From NCBI RefSeq assembly GCF_000485595.1, contig NW_014577075.1, positions 994,321 to 1,029,334 of the forward strand: a stretch of DNA of 35,014 bases, given 5' to 3'. The translations under genes and the position numbers were made by a program. The notes beneath the pieces were generated by a model. That model did not search any database, had not been told where the DNA came from, and saw only the letters and a list, made by a program, of their open reading frames with translations. Shown here in pieces: positions 13,451 through 24,490 of the stretch (within the stretch, counting starts at the first letter, position 1; each line of letters starts with the position of its first letter). The stretch comes from Priapulus caudatus. Taxonomy: Eukaryota.

Positions 13451-15555
13451 CGTAATGTGTGTGTGTGTGTGGCATGTGTGTGCTGCTGTGTGTCGTGTGT
13501 CGTGTCGTGTGTCACAAGTGTGTGATGTAGCGTGGTCGTTACAGTCTCTACCTGGGTCAGTTTTCCCTCCGTGTACATAACTACACAATTATTGTTCAAG
13601 TGTACAGACATAGACAGTATTCAAGTGCTACGCAAATCACGAGTCCCCACAGTTCCCGGAGAACCCCCTCTTTTAAAACGAGTCAGTTCCTTTATAGGCA
13701 TTGCATTTCAACGAATCCTAGCTTCCGAGACCCCCATTTCGAACATAGCAGTTCCAGCAGTATCCCAATTCAACAAATAGTTCCAGAAGACCCCCAATTT
13801 CTAGGTCTGGTAGTTCCAGAGCGCCCTTTGTGAACCTTCGCAGTGGCGACAATAACCTACCCATATGTGGAGGTGAGTGCCCCCCCCCAACGTGACATGC
13901 TCGCATGCCATTGGCCGCGGGCCGCGATGTGTGACTGGGTAGGGACATGGTCCGGGGAACCATCCGCGCGTGTGTGGACTGGGAGGTGGACATGGTCCGG
14001 GCCGCGTGTGTGGACTGGGAGGTGGACATGGTCCGGGCCGCGTGTGTGGACTGGGAGGTGACATGGGTCCGGGACACGCGTGTGTGGACTGTTTGAGGTG
14101 TACTGATTCTGGGCCGCGGTGTGGATGGGAGTTGGAGCATGGTCCGGGCCGCGCAGTTGGACTGGAGCTGTGTACATGTCCGGGCCGCGTGATGTGGACT
14201 GGGAGGTGGTACCATGTCCGGGCGCTGTGTGTGGACTGGGAGGTGGATCATGCGTCGGGCCGCGTGTGTGCGACTGGAGGTGCACATGTGCCGGGTCTGC
14301 GTGTGTGGACTGGGCCGTGTACATGGTCCGGGCCGCGTGTGTGGACTGGGAGGTGGACATGGTCCGGGCCGCGTGTGTGGACTGGGAGGTGGACATGGTC
14401 CGGGCCCGCCAGTGCTGTGGACTGGGCCATGTACATGATACTGCGGCGCATCACCATAACCCGCATCGCGGCCCGCGTGTGTGGACTGGGAGGATGGTGT
14501 CCGGCCGGCCGTTGTGTGGACGGGCGGTGCACATGTCGGTCCGCGTGTGTGCGACTGGGAGGTGGAGCTGGTCCGAGCCGCCGTGTGTGCGAATATCGGA
14601 GGTGAGCATGGTCCGTGGGGGCCGCAGTGTGAATGACTGGGAGGTGGACTGCGTTCCAGGGCCGGCGAGTAGTGGCACTGAGGAGCGTGGACATGGTCCG
14701 GGCCGCGTGTGTGGCTGGGCCCGTGACATGGTCGGCCCAGCCGTGTGTGACTGGGAGGTGGACATGGTCCGGGCCGCCCGTGTGGTGGACTGGAGTGTGG
14801 ACATGGTCGCGCGGGGCCGCTGTGTGTGGACTGGCAGAGTGGACATGGTCCGGGGCCGCCGGTGTGCTGGGACTGCGGAGGTGGACATAGGTCCCGGGCC
14901 GCTGCATGTGACTCGGCCTGTTGCACATGGCCCGGGCCGCGTGTGTGGAACTGGGAGGCTGGACATGCTGTCCGGGCCGCGCTACCACAGGACCCGCGCC
15001 TCCCTTGACCATCCCTGCGCAAAGGCTCCAGCAACCCAACCAGTGTGTGGGACTGGAGAGCCGTGCGACATGGTCGGCGATTGTGTGGACTGGACGTGGA
15101 CATGGTCCGGTGCCGCGTTGTGCTGGCTGGGCCGATGTACATGGTCCGGGCCGCGGGTGTGGGACTGGTGAGGATGATCATGGTCGGGGCATGCGGTTGG
15201 ACTGGGCAGGACTCCGTGACACATTGGTCAGGCCTGGGTCGTGGACTCGGCATGCCAATGGTCCGCGGCCACCCGTGTGTGGACTGGCGGCCTATTGTAC
15301 ATGGTGCCGGGCGCGGGGGTGTGGATTGGCGCCGTGTGACGATGCGATCCGGCCGCGGGCTGACTGGACTCGTTTTCCGTGCACATGGTCCGGGCCGCGG
15401 GTGTGGACTGGGCCATGCACATTGTCCAAGTGGCAGCGCCTTTCTCGACGTAGTCGGCGTCCAGGAAGCTACAGACGGCCTTCATGTAGGTGTTGCTGGG
15501 CCTTGCTGACGGCAGTGCACCCGTGGGCTCTCGGTCATCCTGATGTTGACGGCTG
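13451..15555 (+). repeat. Near-identical duplicate of 6325-8445
   Basis: Identical from cgtaatgtgtgtg onward; identical ORFs at 6406 and 13532. Confidence 0.93.
13917..15420. repeat. GC-rich 36-bp minisatellite, copy 2
   Basis: Same unit; nearly identical to copy 1 including irregular units. Confidence 0.95.
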
Positions 15556-16516
15556 TCCCTATGCAAATAGCTTCGAATTTGTCATGTTTCGGATTGGGTT
15601 GGAACAGAAAGGCGGGCGATGTCGACGGGAGCCTTATTAGAAAGTTGTAGGCAACAACTCTGATGATAGGTTAGGCCTGGAATGCAGGTGGTCTCAGCCA
15701 CTCTTATATTATATTATATTAGTATATTAGTATATTATATATTATATATTATATTAGTATATATATATTATATTAGTATGGTACTGAACCCAGACTATTC
15801 AATTTCATTGTACGTGTTTGATGTGATGTACTTCAGCACACGTGATAGCTTCTGGGTGATCCATATATGGCACCGCCATGCTTGTTGTGTTTAATGTAGC
15901 GTTTTGATTTGATTTAACATATAATCGGGATATTATCGCCAACCGGCAATTGTCAGGGTTTATACAGGCCCATTTTGCATATTACTAAACTCACAGCACA
16001 TTTTGATACATTTGACAGCACTTTCCTCACCTACACATGAATCAATAGTTTTGCACGTATGCCATGCTGGAATTTACATACATGATTTTCCTTACTTTTG
16101 TAATCTTTCGACTGAACCACCCCAAAAAATCAAACAAAACTTGTTCTTTTAAATTTGACTAATTTTTGCCTTAACTAGTCACTGTCTTACAAGTGTATTT
16201 GTTTTAGGTATCATGAGTTAGTGGTAACAGGTTATAAGCAACCTGCATTATAGAGCCGAGCATTAATGGAGGTACAGAGTAGGTCTGCTGACTGCTGATT
16301 GATGGCTGTTACACAAGTCCTTAGTTTTAAAAAAGCAATCAGGGTGGATGCAGAAAGGGACATTTGGAGTCAGGCTATTGATCTGCTGCAAAAAGTTTAA
16401 AATCTGTAACAAGTTACAACCAGGCTAAATTTTTGCTGTGCACTAGTAAACAAGTGCCGCAGAGCGACAGCGCTCATCTAACCTCTACTGCGGTGACTCT
16501 GTGGTGGAGTGGTGGG

Positions 16517-17463
16517 NNNNNNNNNNNNNNNNNNNNNNNNNNNNNNNNNNNNNNNNNNNNNNNNNNNNNNNNNNNNNNNNNNNNNNNNNNNNNNNNNNNN
16601 NNNNNNNNNNNNNNNNNNNNNNNNNNNNNNNNNNNNNNNNNNNNNNNNNNNNNNNNNNNNNNNNNNNNNNNNNNNNNNNNNNNNNNNNNNNNNNNNNNNN
16701 NNNNNNNNNNNNNNNNNNNNNNNNNNNNNNNNNNNNNNNNNNNNNNNNNNNNNNNNNNNNNNNNNNNNNNNNNNNNNNNNNNNNNNNNNNNNNNNNNNNN
16801 NNNNNNNNNNNNNNNNNNNNNNNNNNNNNNNNNNNNNNNNNNNNNNNNNNNNNNNNNNNNNNNNNNNNNNNNNNNNNNNNNNNNNNNNNNNNNNNNNNNN
16901 NNNNNNNNNNNNNNNNNNNNNNNNNNNNNNNNNNNNNNNNNNNNNNNNNNNNNNNNNNNNNNNNNNNNNNNNNNNNNNNNNNNNNNNNNNNNNNNNNNNN
17001 NNNNNNNNNNNNNNNNNNNNNNNNNNNNNNNNNNNNNNNNNNNNNNNNNNNNNNNNNNNNNNNNNNNNNNNNNNNNNNNNNNNNNNNNNNNNNNNNNNNN
17101 NNNNNNNNNNNNNNNNNNNNNNNNNNNNNNNNNNNNNNNNNNNNNNNNNNNNNNNNNNNNNNNNNNNNNNNNNNNNNNNNNNNNNNNNNNNNNNNNNNNN
17201 NNNNNNNNNNNNNNNNNNNNNNNNNNNNNNNNNNNNNNNNNNNNNNNNNNNNNNNNNNNNNNNNNNNNNNNNNNNNNNNNNNNNNNNNNNNNNNNNNNNN
17301 NNNNNNNNNNNNNNNNNNNNNNNNNNNNNNNNNNNNNNNNNNNNNNNNNNNNNNNNNNNNNNNNNNNNNNNNNNNNNNNNNNNNNNNNNNNNNNNNNNNN
17401 NNNNNNNNNNNNNNNNNNNNNNNNNNNNNNNNNNNNNNNNNNNNNNNNNNNNNNNNNNNNNNN
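16517..17463. other. Assembly gap (947 N); smaller gaps at 6300-6324 (25 N) and 20945-20954 (10 N)
   Basis: Runs of N. Confidence 1.
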
Positions 17464-17900
17464 ACGGACGCACGGACGATCATGCGATTCTACAAGCTGC
17501 ATCTGACTATGTCAGATGAGCTAAAAACTATAGATTAATCTGGTATAATTTCAAATTCATTATGATTTGCAAAGAAGTACTAATCTATGCCAGAGAATGT
17601 ATACAATAACAGTGGAAAATAATAGGTATAAGAAACATTTCATAGTATAATTTGAATGGACATACAGAATTGTTTCCATTGCTAATGCAATGACGGAGAA
17701 TGTTAATATACTACCATATATTTACCAAGCACTGTTTGTTATGAAATAAGACCATGAAGAGAGTGACTTTGATATAATATTATACAATAGGTTAATCAAT
17801 TTTTCCACTTTTTACTCTTTTAACTGGCCAATTAATATAATGCTTATCAATTTAAAGATTCCATTGTTCATTAACTGTTGTTTTACAATCAAATGCCCAT

Positions 17901-18284
17901 TTATTTCTTAAACTTCTTGTGAATGCCAGTACGCCTGAATTCTGATCGCTCCTCTAAATACTCTTGAGTACACATTTCTTTAAAGGCGCTGTCCTGGTAC
18001 CAAAGCATTAGGCAATTCTTCAGTGATTTATTTTCTTTCCTGCATGCCCACGACATTGACACAGTCCTACCGGCACAACACTCAGTAAAATCTTGCACTT
18101 CTTTCACACACTTCTGCTTTGCTTTATCACGCATCTTTTTCGGTATGAGGATTTCCTGTTCCACTTTTCTCAGCGATCGATTGTCTGGATCGCCGACACC
18201 AGCTGGGCCGCCTCCAAGGTTTGGAGCAACAACACCAGTAGTAGGAACACCTACACTATTAGTTTCATCACTAACAGGAGCCAT
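17901..18284 (-). CDS. CMC1: COX assembly mitochondrial protein homolog (twin CX9C), 127 aa, uninterrupted ORF
   Basis: Translation MAPVSDE...GDPDNRSLRKVEQEILIPKKMRDKAKQKC-x9-C(C)...WAC-x9-CLMLWYQD...EYLEERSEFRRTG matches the remembered CMC1 family pattern. ATG at 18284 is in a strong GCCATGG context. Confidence 0.92.
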   Translation of the reverse strand: MAPVSDETNSVGVPTTGVVAPNLGGGPAGVGDPDNRSLRKVEQEILIPKKMRDKAKQKCVKEVQDFTECCAGRTVSMSWACRKENKSLKNCLMLWYQDSAFKEMCTQEYLEERSEFRRTGIHKKFKK

Positions 18285-18418
18285 GGCATATAAACTGTGA
18301 GCGTATTTCACCTAAATGTTGCTATTAATGGCAAACAAGAACACAGAATTCTCAAGATACACCGTTATCTTATCAGCCTTGAGTTGCATTAAAGACACTC
18401 TTCAGTATATTATCAGTC

Positions 18419-18571
18419 CTAGTCCCACTTGGACTTCTTTGCAGGCGCTCTAGCAATGCTATGATCTTCGGATGCACTGTACATCTTGTTTTCTTCAGTT
18501 GCATGAAGATATGCAATGTATGCAACACATCCACTAATGGTAAGGAGTCCAAAGGCCATAATATATTTATT
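18419..18571 (-). CDS. SMIM8: Small integral membrane protein 8, coding exon 2
   Basis: Acceptor ttttgttacag|AAT, phase 0. Reads [31 protein letters not shown]...KKSKWD*, i.e. the TM helix and the conserved SKWD C-terminus. Total 113 aa. Not present in the supplied ORF track in this frame. Confidence 0.9.
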   Translation of the reverse strand, partial: NKYIMAFGLLTISGCVAYIAYLHATEENKMYSASEDHSIARAPAKKSKWD

Positions 18572-19758
18572 CTGTAACAAAACCGATAACATGATTTAGC
18601 TGTTTGCAAATACTGAGACACGTATCAACACACACACACAAAAAAGTCGCAGCACTAACATTTTCCCATACTTGGTTCTCATGTCTGCCAGGTATAAACC
18701 TAAGTTCTAAACAGCACTACCTGCAGCTGGCTAGGCAAGCATACTGTTTAATAATGAAAGTGTCAATGACACTATAGCTCACCTTGGGTGCAATAGAAGA
18801 GGGAAATTATATTTAAGATTTGGTAAGTGTTTCATTTATTGTCATTATTCCCTGTTTTATACTAATAGAAATTTCACTGCTTTGTTTCAGGGTTAGTTTT
18901 GATGCTAAAATAAATGTTTCAGATCTGAAAGTCTGAAATCTGGGCGAGAGATGGCGCTATGCCTAAATGGTCGCCATTTTGGTTTTTGATTATCGTGTAA
19001 ATAAAAGCAATAAAATATTCCAGTCAAAATTACAGTAACGAAGAATCTAAAACACAATATTACAATTACAAAATAATCACGTCTGATGGCTGACCGTAGC
19101 CTTGCACGTTTTGGTTAGATGGGTTCGCGGCCCACTGTTTCTGACAGGCAGTGCGAGTTTAGCGCTGGAGACCAGTCTACTTCCTGGCTAGCATTGGTTT
19201 ATAATTTTATGACATAATGGCGATGTCACGTGCCGATAGAAACGGCTGTGATTGGCCATTTGTAAAGTGTCGCCGGCGACAGTCGCTGGAAAATAGAAAC
19301 GTTTCTAAATATTTTTGTCGTCGAGGTTGTCGTCGGTCGTCGTCGCGTCAGTGTGCAATGGCTCATAGGAAACAATAGTTACTAATTTTCTGAAAAGTCG
19401 TTTGTCGTTACGGTCGGTCGTAAACCGACCAGGCTCTCCGACTGTTACACGGCGGAGAACACACCTCTCGCCACGTAGTGTTAAGCGAGATGGGAACTTG
19501 TGGCTAGGTCGGTCGTTGTCGCTGCAGTGTGTCTTGGCCTTTACCCGACTGCAACGGCCTGCTCAGTGCCCTAATTTCTAAACAGCACCGTCAATGGGTA
19601 GCTCCAAGAAACGGTATTGCTAGGGTTAGAATTATAGACAAATTATAGACGAATTATAGACACTCCGTCGCACAGCCTGGTCGGGCTACGTCAATGGGTT
19701 ACTACTGCACTGGTTAAGGAATAAAACACCCTCATAATTCATGGAATGCAATAATTAC

Positions 19759-19947
19759 AGGACGTATAAACAGCTCTGGATTGACCGCTCTAAACAATGT
19801 TGTCGTTGTAGTTGATCTCAATCCTGGATCAGCGTATTCTCCTGGTATCGCCGACTTCGGTGAACTTGAACTTGAAGTTGATGTTGAACTTGAAGTATTG
19901 TTAGCATGTGGTGAAGAATTCCCGACACACGGTTTTGTTCTTGGCAT
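19759..19947 (-). CDS. SMIM8: Small integral membrane protein 8, coding exon 1 (63 codons)
   Basis: ...PGLRSTTTTTLFRAVNPELFIRP followed by donor CCT|gtaatt; matches the SMIM8 signature PGLR..TTTLFRAVNPELFIKP. The start codon is the only in-frame ATG in this ORF and is inferred. Confidence 0.88.
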
Positions 19948-20589
19948 TGACTCGGTGGTAGTGAAATATTCCAATGAATTCACAAAAACGGTTATATATG
20001 TGACTGTGAACAGTCACATAGAATGGTGTGGTAACTAGTAACACGAGTTACTCTGCAGTTACCAGCCACAAATGGCCGAACAATTTTGGTGTTGATGCTG
20101 TATCCTACTGCCCTCTAGCGTCGATGTGAAGACATTGCAGAAAGAAATATCACTTTTTATATAAACATTTGATACGGGCATTCTAATATCACATTTCTTG
20201 TGATATCAATATGCTATATTCATAAATATATTTGGTATAAATATATTCATAAATATATGGTTTTAAGATATTAAAAAAAATATTAAAAATATTTAAGATA
20301 TTAGAAAGAAGCCTGAACATATTTCAAACACATAAATGACCAACCGGTCGCTGTGGCTACACCACCTGACGGAATGTCACAACTACACGACAAGACCAAT
20401 TTTACTTCTAATGATTTCTAGACGTCCACGAGTCAACTAACTTGCGTGCATAATGCAAAATATTGCACTCTAGTACCGAATTTCAGCGAAAACAAAATAA
20501 AAAAAGGCCTTTTCTGGGGGCGAAATAGTGTAATTTGCGGTGAACAACTTGTAAAGGCTTGCTGTTGTATACATGTATATTGTTATAGT

Positions 20590-20858
20590 TCAGTGAGCAG
20601 AACAGGTAGCAGATGTAGTGCTTGCAAAACTGCTTGCTGAGCATGTAGAGAGCGAGCGGGTGGACGCAGGAGAAAGGATAGCCGGAAGGCGACGATGCGA
20701 AAGTAGTGCTAGCATTGGTTGTAGTCGCGATAGAGCTCTGTGTGGGATGAAGGTGAACCAGAGCGTGTACGCGTAGGTAGATGTGACGCGGTACCCACAG
20801 CAGATTGACGCAGAAGATGAGAACCATGCATGCAAGCGACCTCCTTCCTTGCCTCCAC
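20590..20858 (-). pseudogene. Decayed TM6-TM7 exon of a CCHamide/bombesin-type neuropeptide GPCR
   Basis: Acceptor ctcttgcag|, then across frameshifts VEARKEVA.MVLIF...WVPRHIY...LWFTF...DYNQC*HYFRIVAF...SCVHPLALYMLSKQFCKHYICYLFC. This resembles the EARKKVAKMVL / WLPRHIY / NSCVNPIALY.LSKQFRKHF motifs. Contains a stop and indels. Confidence 0.72.
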
Positions 20859-20865
20859 CTGCAAG

Positions 20866-21123
20866 AGAGAGAGGAGGGTGTAATAGAGAGGAGGGTGTGA
20901 TAGAGAGGAGGGTGTGATAGAGAGGAGGGTGTGATAGAGAGGAGNNNNNNNNNNCGATGCGAAAGTAGTGCTAGCATTGGTTGTAGTCGCGATAGAGCTC
21001 TGTGTGGGATGAAGGTGAACCAGAGCGTGTACGCGTAGGTAGATGTGACGCGGTACCCACAGCAGATTGACGCAGAAGATGAGAACCATGCATGCAAGCG
21101 ACCTCCTTCCTTGCCTCCACCTG

Positions 21124-21172
<49 letters not shown>

Positions 21173-21640
21173 GGCGTAATAGAGAGGAGGGTGTGATAGA
21201 GAGGAGGGTGTAAAAGAAGAGGAAGATGTCATAGAAGAGAAAAATGACAACCATACGAGCGAGGCTTCTTCCTTGCCTCCACCTGCAAGAGAGAGAGGAG
21301 GGTGTGATAGAGAGGAGGGTGTGATGGAGAGGAGGGTGTAATAGAGAGGAGGGTGTGATAGAGAGAAGGGTGTGATAGAGAGGAGGGTGTGATAGAGAGG
21401 AGGGTGTGATAGAGAGGAGGGTGTAATAGAGAGAAGGGTGTGATAGAGAGAAGGGTGTGATAGAGAGAAGGGTGTGATAGAGAGGAGGGTGTGATGGAGA
21501 GGAGGGTGTAATAGAGAGGAGGGTGTAATAGAGAGGAGGGTGTAATAGAGAGGAGGGTGTGATGGAGAGGAGGGTGTGATAGAGAGAAGGGTGTAATAGA
21601 GAAGAGGGTGTGGTAGAAGAAAGGTGTGATATAGGACAAA
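20866..21640. repeat. 18-bp minisatellite (AGAGAGGAGGGTGTGAT/AAT-type) with (GA)n tract, interleaved with GPCR exon-start copies
   Basis: Direct tandem repetition at 20866-20944 and 21178-21640; (GA)n at 21126-21168. Confidence 0.93.
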
Positions 21641-22124
21641 TATACGAACCATGCGAGCGACCTTCTTCCTTACCTCCACATGCAACTGCAAGAGAGAGGA
21701 AGAGAGGAATATATAGTAGAGGAAGGTGTATAACGAAGAAATTGATGTAATAAAGGATGGTGTGATAGCGGAAATATATTAAAGAGGAAAGTGGGATATA
21801 GGAGGAATATATTAGACAATGAAGATGAGAACCATGCAAGCGACCTTCTTCCTCGCCTCCATCTGCAAGAGAGAGGTTAAAAATGAGTTAATTTCCACTG
21901 GAAGACGGTTTATACATATTTCAATTTCTACTAAACTATGGGTTAAAATGGTTGCATTTCAAACAGAAAATACTGTAAAAATTTACGCTCATTTATAATA
22001 GCGTTAATTTTGCGCACAACGCGCGCGTTAAAATCACACACAATGCGCCAATAACGGTAAAACCTTGCAAAAAACCGCGCGTAAAACAGTCACATTGCCT
22101 ATTAATTGTTAGTAAATAAAAACA

Positions 22125-24490
22125 GACAGATCTATTCATGCACACGTGCCGGATACCACCACCAAAGAAAATTATCTTGGCAGTCAACGGTGACCTAGAG
22201 TCCCTCAATAATTATATAAAGGGACTCTACGCGGGGACCGAGCGAGCGTGCGAGCAAAGGGAATATTATAGATCGGATTTTGTCATGCAACATGTTGCTG
22301 GCTTGCCCGCGACCAGTTTCAACGTATGATAACGGCAGAAGAAACTTATCGTGGCAGTCAACGGTGACCGACGCACGAGCGCTATCTCCATGCACATTTA
22401 TAGCATAGCCAGAATCCGGCAACGGATGCTGCGAGCAAAGGGAATATTATAGATAGGATTTCATCATATGTGCCGTACGTCGGCCCGCCCGCGACCAGTA
22501 TTAACGTATGAGAACGGCTGAAGAAGATTATCTTGGTAGTCAACGGCGACCGACGTCCGTGTGCCATTTTCATGTACATTAGCATAATGCGGAAGCCGGC
22601 GCGCGATGCTGCGAGCAAAGTGAATATTGTAGAACGGATTCATGTATCAAAAACTTCAATATTGTAGAACGGAACCATGTGCACCTGTCGTCGGCCCGGC
22701 CGCGGCCAGTTTTAACGTATGAGATTGGCAGTATGTTGATGGTGGCCAATATAGCGTAGAAGTAAAAGTAGAGATCGGCCGAAGAAAATAATCTTGACAG
22801 TCAACGGCGACCGACGTCCGAGTCCGTCTGAGCGTCGTTTTCATTGTAAGGTGTATACCGTCACGTACGAGTCGAAGCCATTCTATGGGATTCTACAGGA
22901 TTCACACTCAGCCTACAACCTAGGATTCCCGGCAAGCCAGGCAAGGCCACGGCTGCCAGCGTATATAAAGACCGCCTGGGATCGACTCGGGGTGCTTCAT
23001 TCTACCAGACGGCCAGGAGAACCGACCGTGTAAGGATCCAACCCTTACATTTTGGCGCAGTCGACAGGATAGTAGTGGTGTGAACTGGTTCGTTGCGTAC
23101 GTAGAGTGGAGGCCCTGGACAACAAGCTGTACATCAAGCTGTACATCAAGCTAAGTACCTTCTCCAGTATGGGTATCGTAAAGTGTTCGTTGATAAGCTA
23201 GGAGACGTATTGTATATGGCGCACGTAGCGTACAAGATTCAAATACATAATGTGATAGATATAGCACTGGGGTGGCGAAAGACCCTTAGGTCATCAAAGT
23301 CTGCCACCCCTGTACAGTAGGTCTGTCAGCTGAGTGTCAAGCCCGCGTGTTTGTCGCTCAGACTCGTGTATTCACTTTACTCAACACCTCCGTCGTGTTT
23401 GAGGGTTGTTTTTTTGCAGTCAGTCGCGTGTGGTAGCGAATTAGCTTTCAACTGTACTAACGGTAGATAAGGAGATAGGTACGATAGTTGTTCAGTAGGT
23501 GGCGCAGTAAGGCATGTTACAGTAGTATTATGAGTCGTGTATTTCGTTGGTTTTGGCATGTTTTGAGCGTTTGTTTGAGGTTTTGGCATGTTTGAGGCTT
23601 GTTTGGAACTCCCCCTGCGGAGTTGTTTGGGACTTCCCCCGGGGAGTTTGATGGGTCTTTTCCCGTGGGGCTAGTTCGGGTATCCCCCGTTTGGGTTGAT
23701 ACTGTCATTGACACTGGCGGTGCTTCTCCAACCCGGCAAGGCATTGGGTAGAAAGGGTATATTACAGTCGTACGTCTCGGGGGATCATAAGGTTTGGGAT
23801 TTTCATTTGTCGGACTTACAGTTTGCTTTGAACTCCGCGAAGCATGATACGACTAGGCACACGCCGGCTGAAATTTTTCTAGGCCGTAAGTTGTGTTCTT
23901 ATTTTGACCTCCAGTTGGGGGGGGGGAGGAGAGAGTTTCGAACCCGCGGTACAAGCGGAAAAAGGCCAAGCAACGGGCCGCACGGGTCAAATGTAAATAC
24001 GTCCAAGTGAATGCATAACTCGGCAGGGGAAGAGCAAAATATCCTGCCAGTTATGCGCGAACGATTGTGCTGCGCTATGAGCAAGGGTAGCAGCAGCACA
24101 TAACCACATGCTATGAGAAGTGTGATACGGTTGGCATTACAGACTCTCCTCCGGGACACTGCTTCGAAGGAGGGGAGAGTGTAAGGTGTATACCGTCACG
24201 TACGAGTCGAAGCCATATTCTACGGGATTCTACAGGATTCACACTCAGCCTACAACCTAGGATTCCCGGCAAGCCAGGCAAGGCCACGGCTGCCAGCGTA
24301 TATAAGGACCGCCTGGGATCGACTCGGGGTGCTTCATTCTACCAGACGGCCAGGAGAACCGACCGTGTAAGGATCCAACCCTTACATCATGTACATTAGC
24401 ATAGGTCGGAACTGCTATGTGGCGCGATATGCTGTGAGCAAAGTGAATTTTGTAGATCGGATTTTACCATGCACACGTGCCGTCCAAACG
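22125..24490. repeat. Diverged ~180-bp tandem repeat (~4 units) interrupted by the LTR element
   Basis: Motifs TATCTTGGCAGTCAACGG(T/C)GACC at ~22172, 22347, 22530, 22791 and GAGCAAAG(G/T)GAAT at ~22252, 22433, 22613, 24436. Confidence 0.85.
22845..24386 (+). mobile_element. Internally deleted (non-autonomous) Ty3/Gypsy LTR retrotransposon
   Basis: LTRs at 22845-23049 and 24180-24386 (TGTAAGG...CCTTACA; differ by 2 substitutions and a 2-bp indel). 4-bp TSD TCAT. PBS TGGCGCAGTCGACAGGAT (tRNA-Ser-like). PPT GAAGGAGGGGAGAG. Integrase fragment WDFHLSDLQFALNSAKHDTTRHTPAEIFLGR at ~23795-23890. Confidence 0.95.

Noticed and set aside
16433..17538. 330-357 aa ORFs
   Set aside because: They span the N gap.
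18285..18311. GTG start giving a 136-aa CMC1
   Set aside because: Eukaryotic gene; the ATG at 18284 has an optimal context and the GTG coincides with a likely splice acceptor.
18373..18621. 82-aa ORF from the track
   Set aside because: Wrong frame; the overlapping frame encodes SMIM8 exon 2.
19190..19700. Structured element in the SMIM8 intron as an ncRNA
   Set aside because: GTCGTC-rich palindromes, a CAGTGTGTCTTGGCC end and short inverted repeats look like nested MITE fragments; no RNA family motif recognised and boundaries unclear.
20955..21133. Second full copy of the GPCR exon start as a biological duplication
   Set aside because: Identical to 20693-20871 and directly flanks a 10-N gap, so most likely an unmerged contig overlap.
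20483..21839. 402-aa and 376-aa ORFs
   Set aside because: Mostly translation of the 18-bp minisatellite; only the GPCR-like fragments are meaningful.
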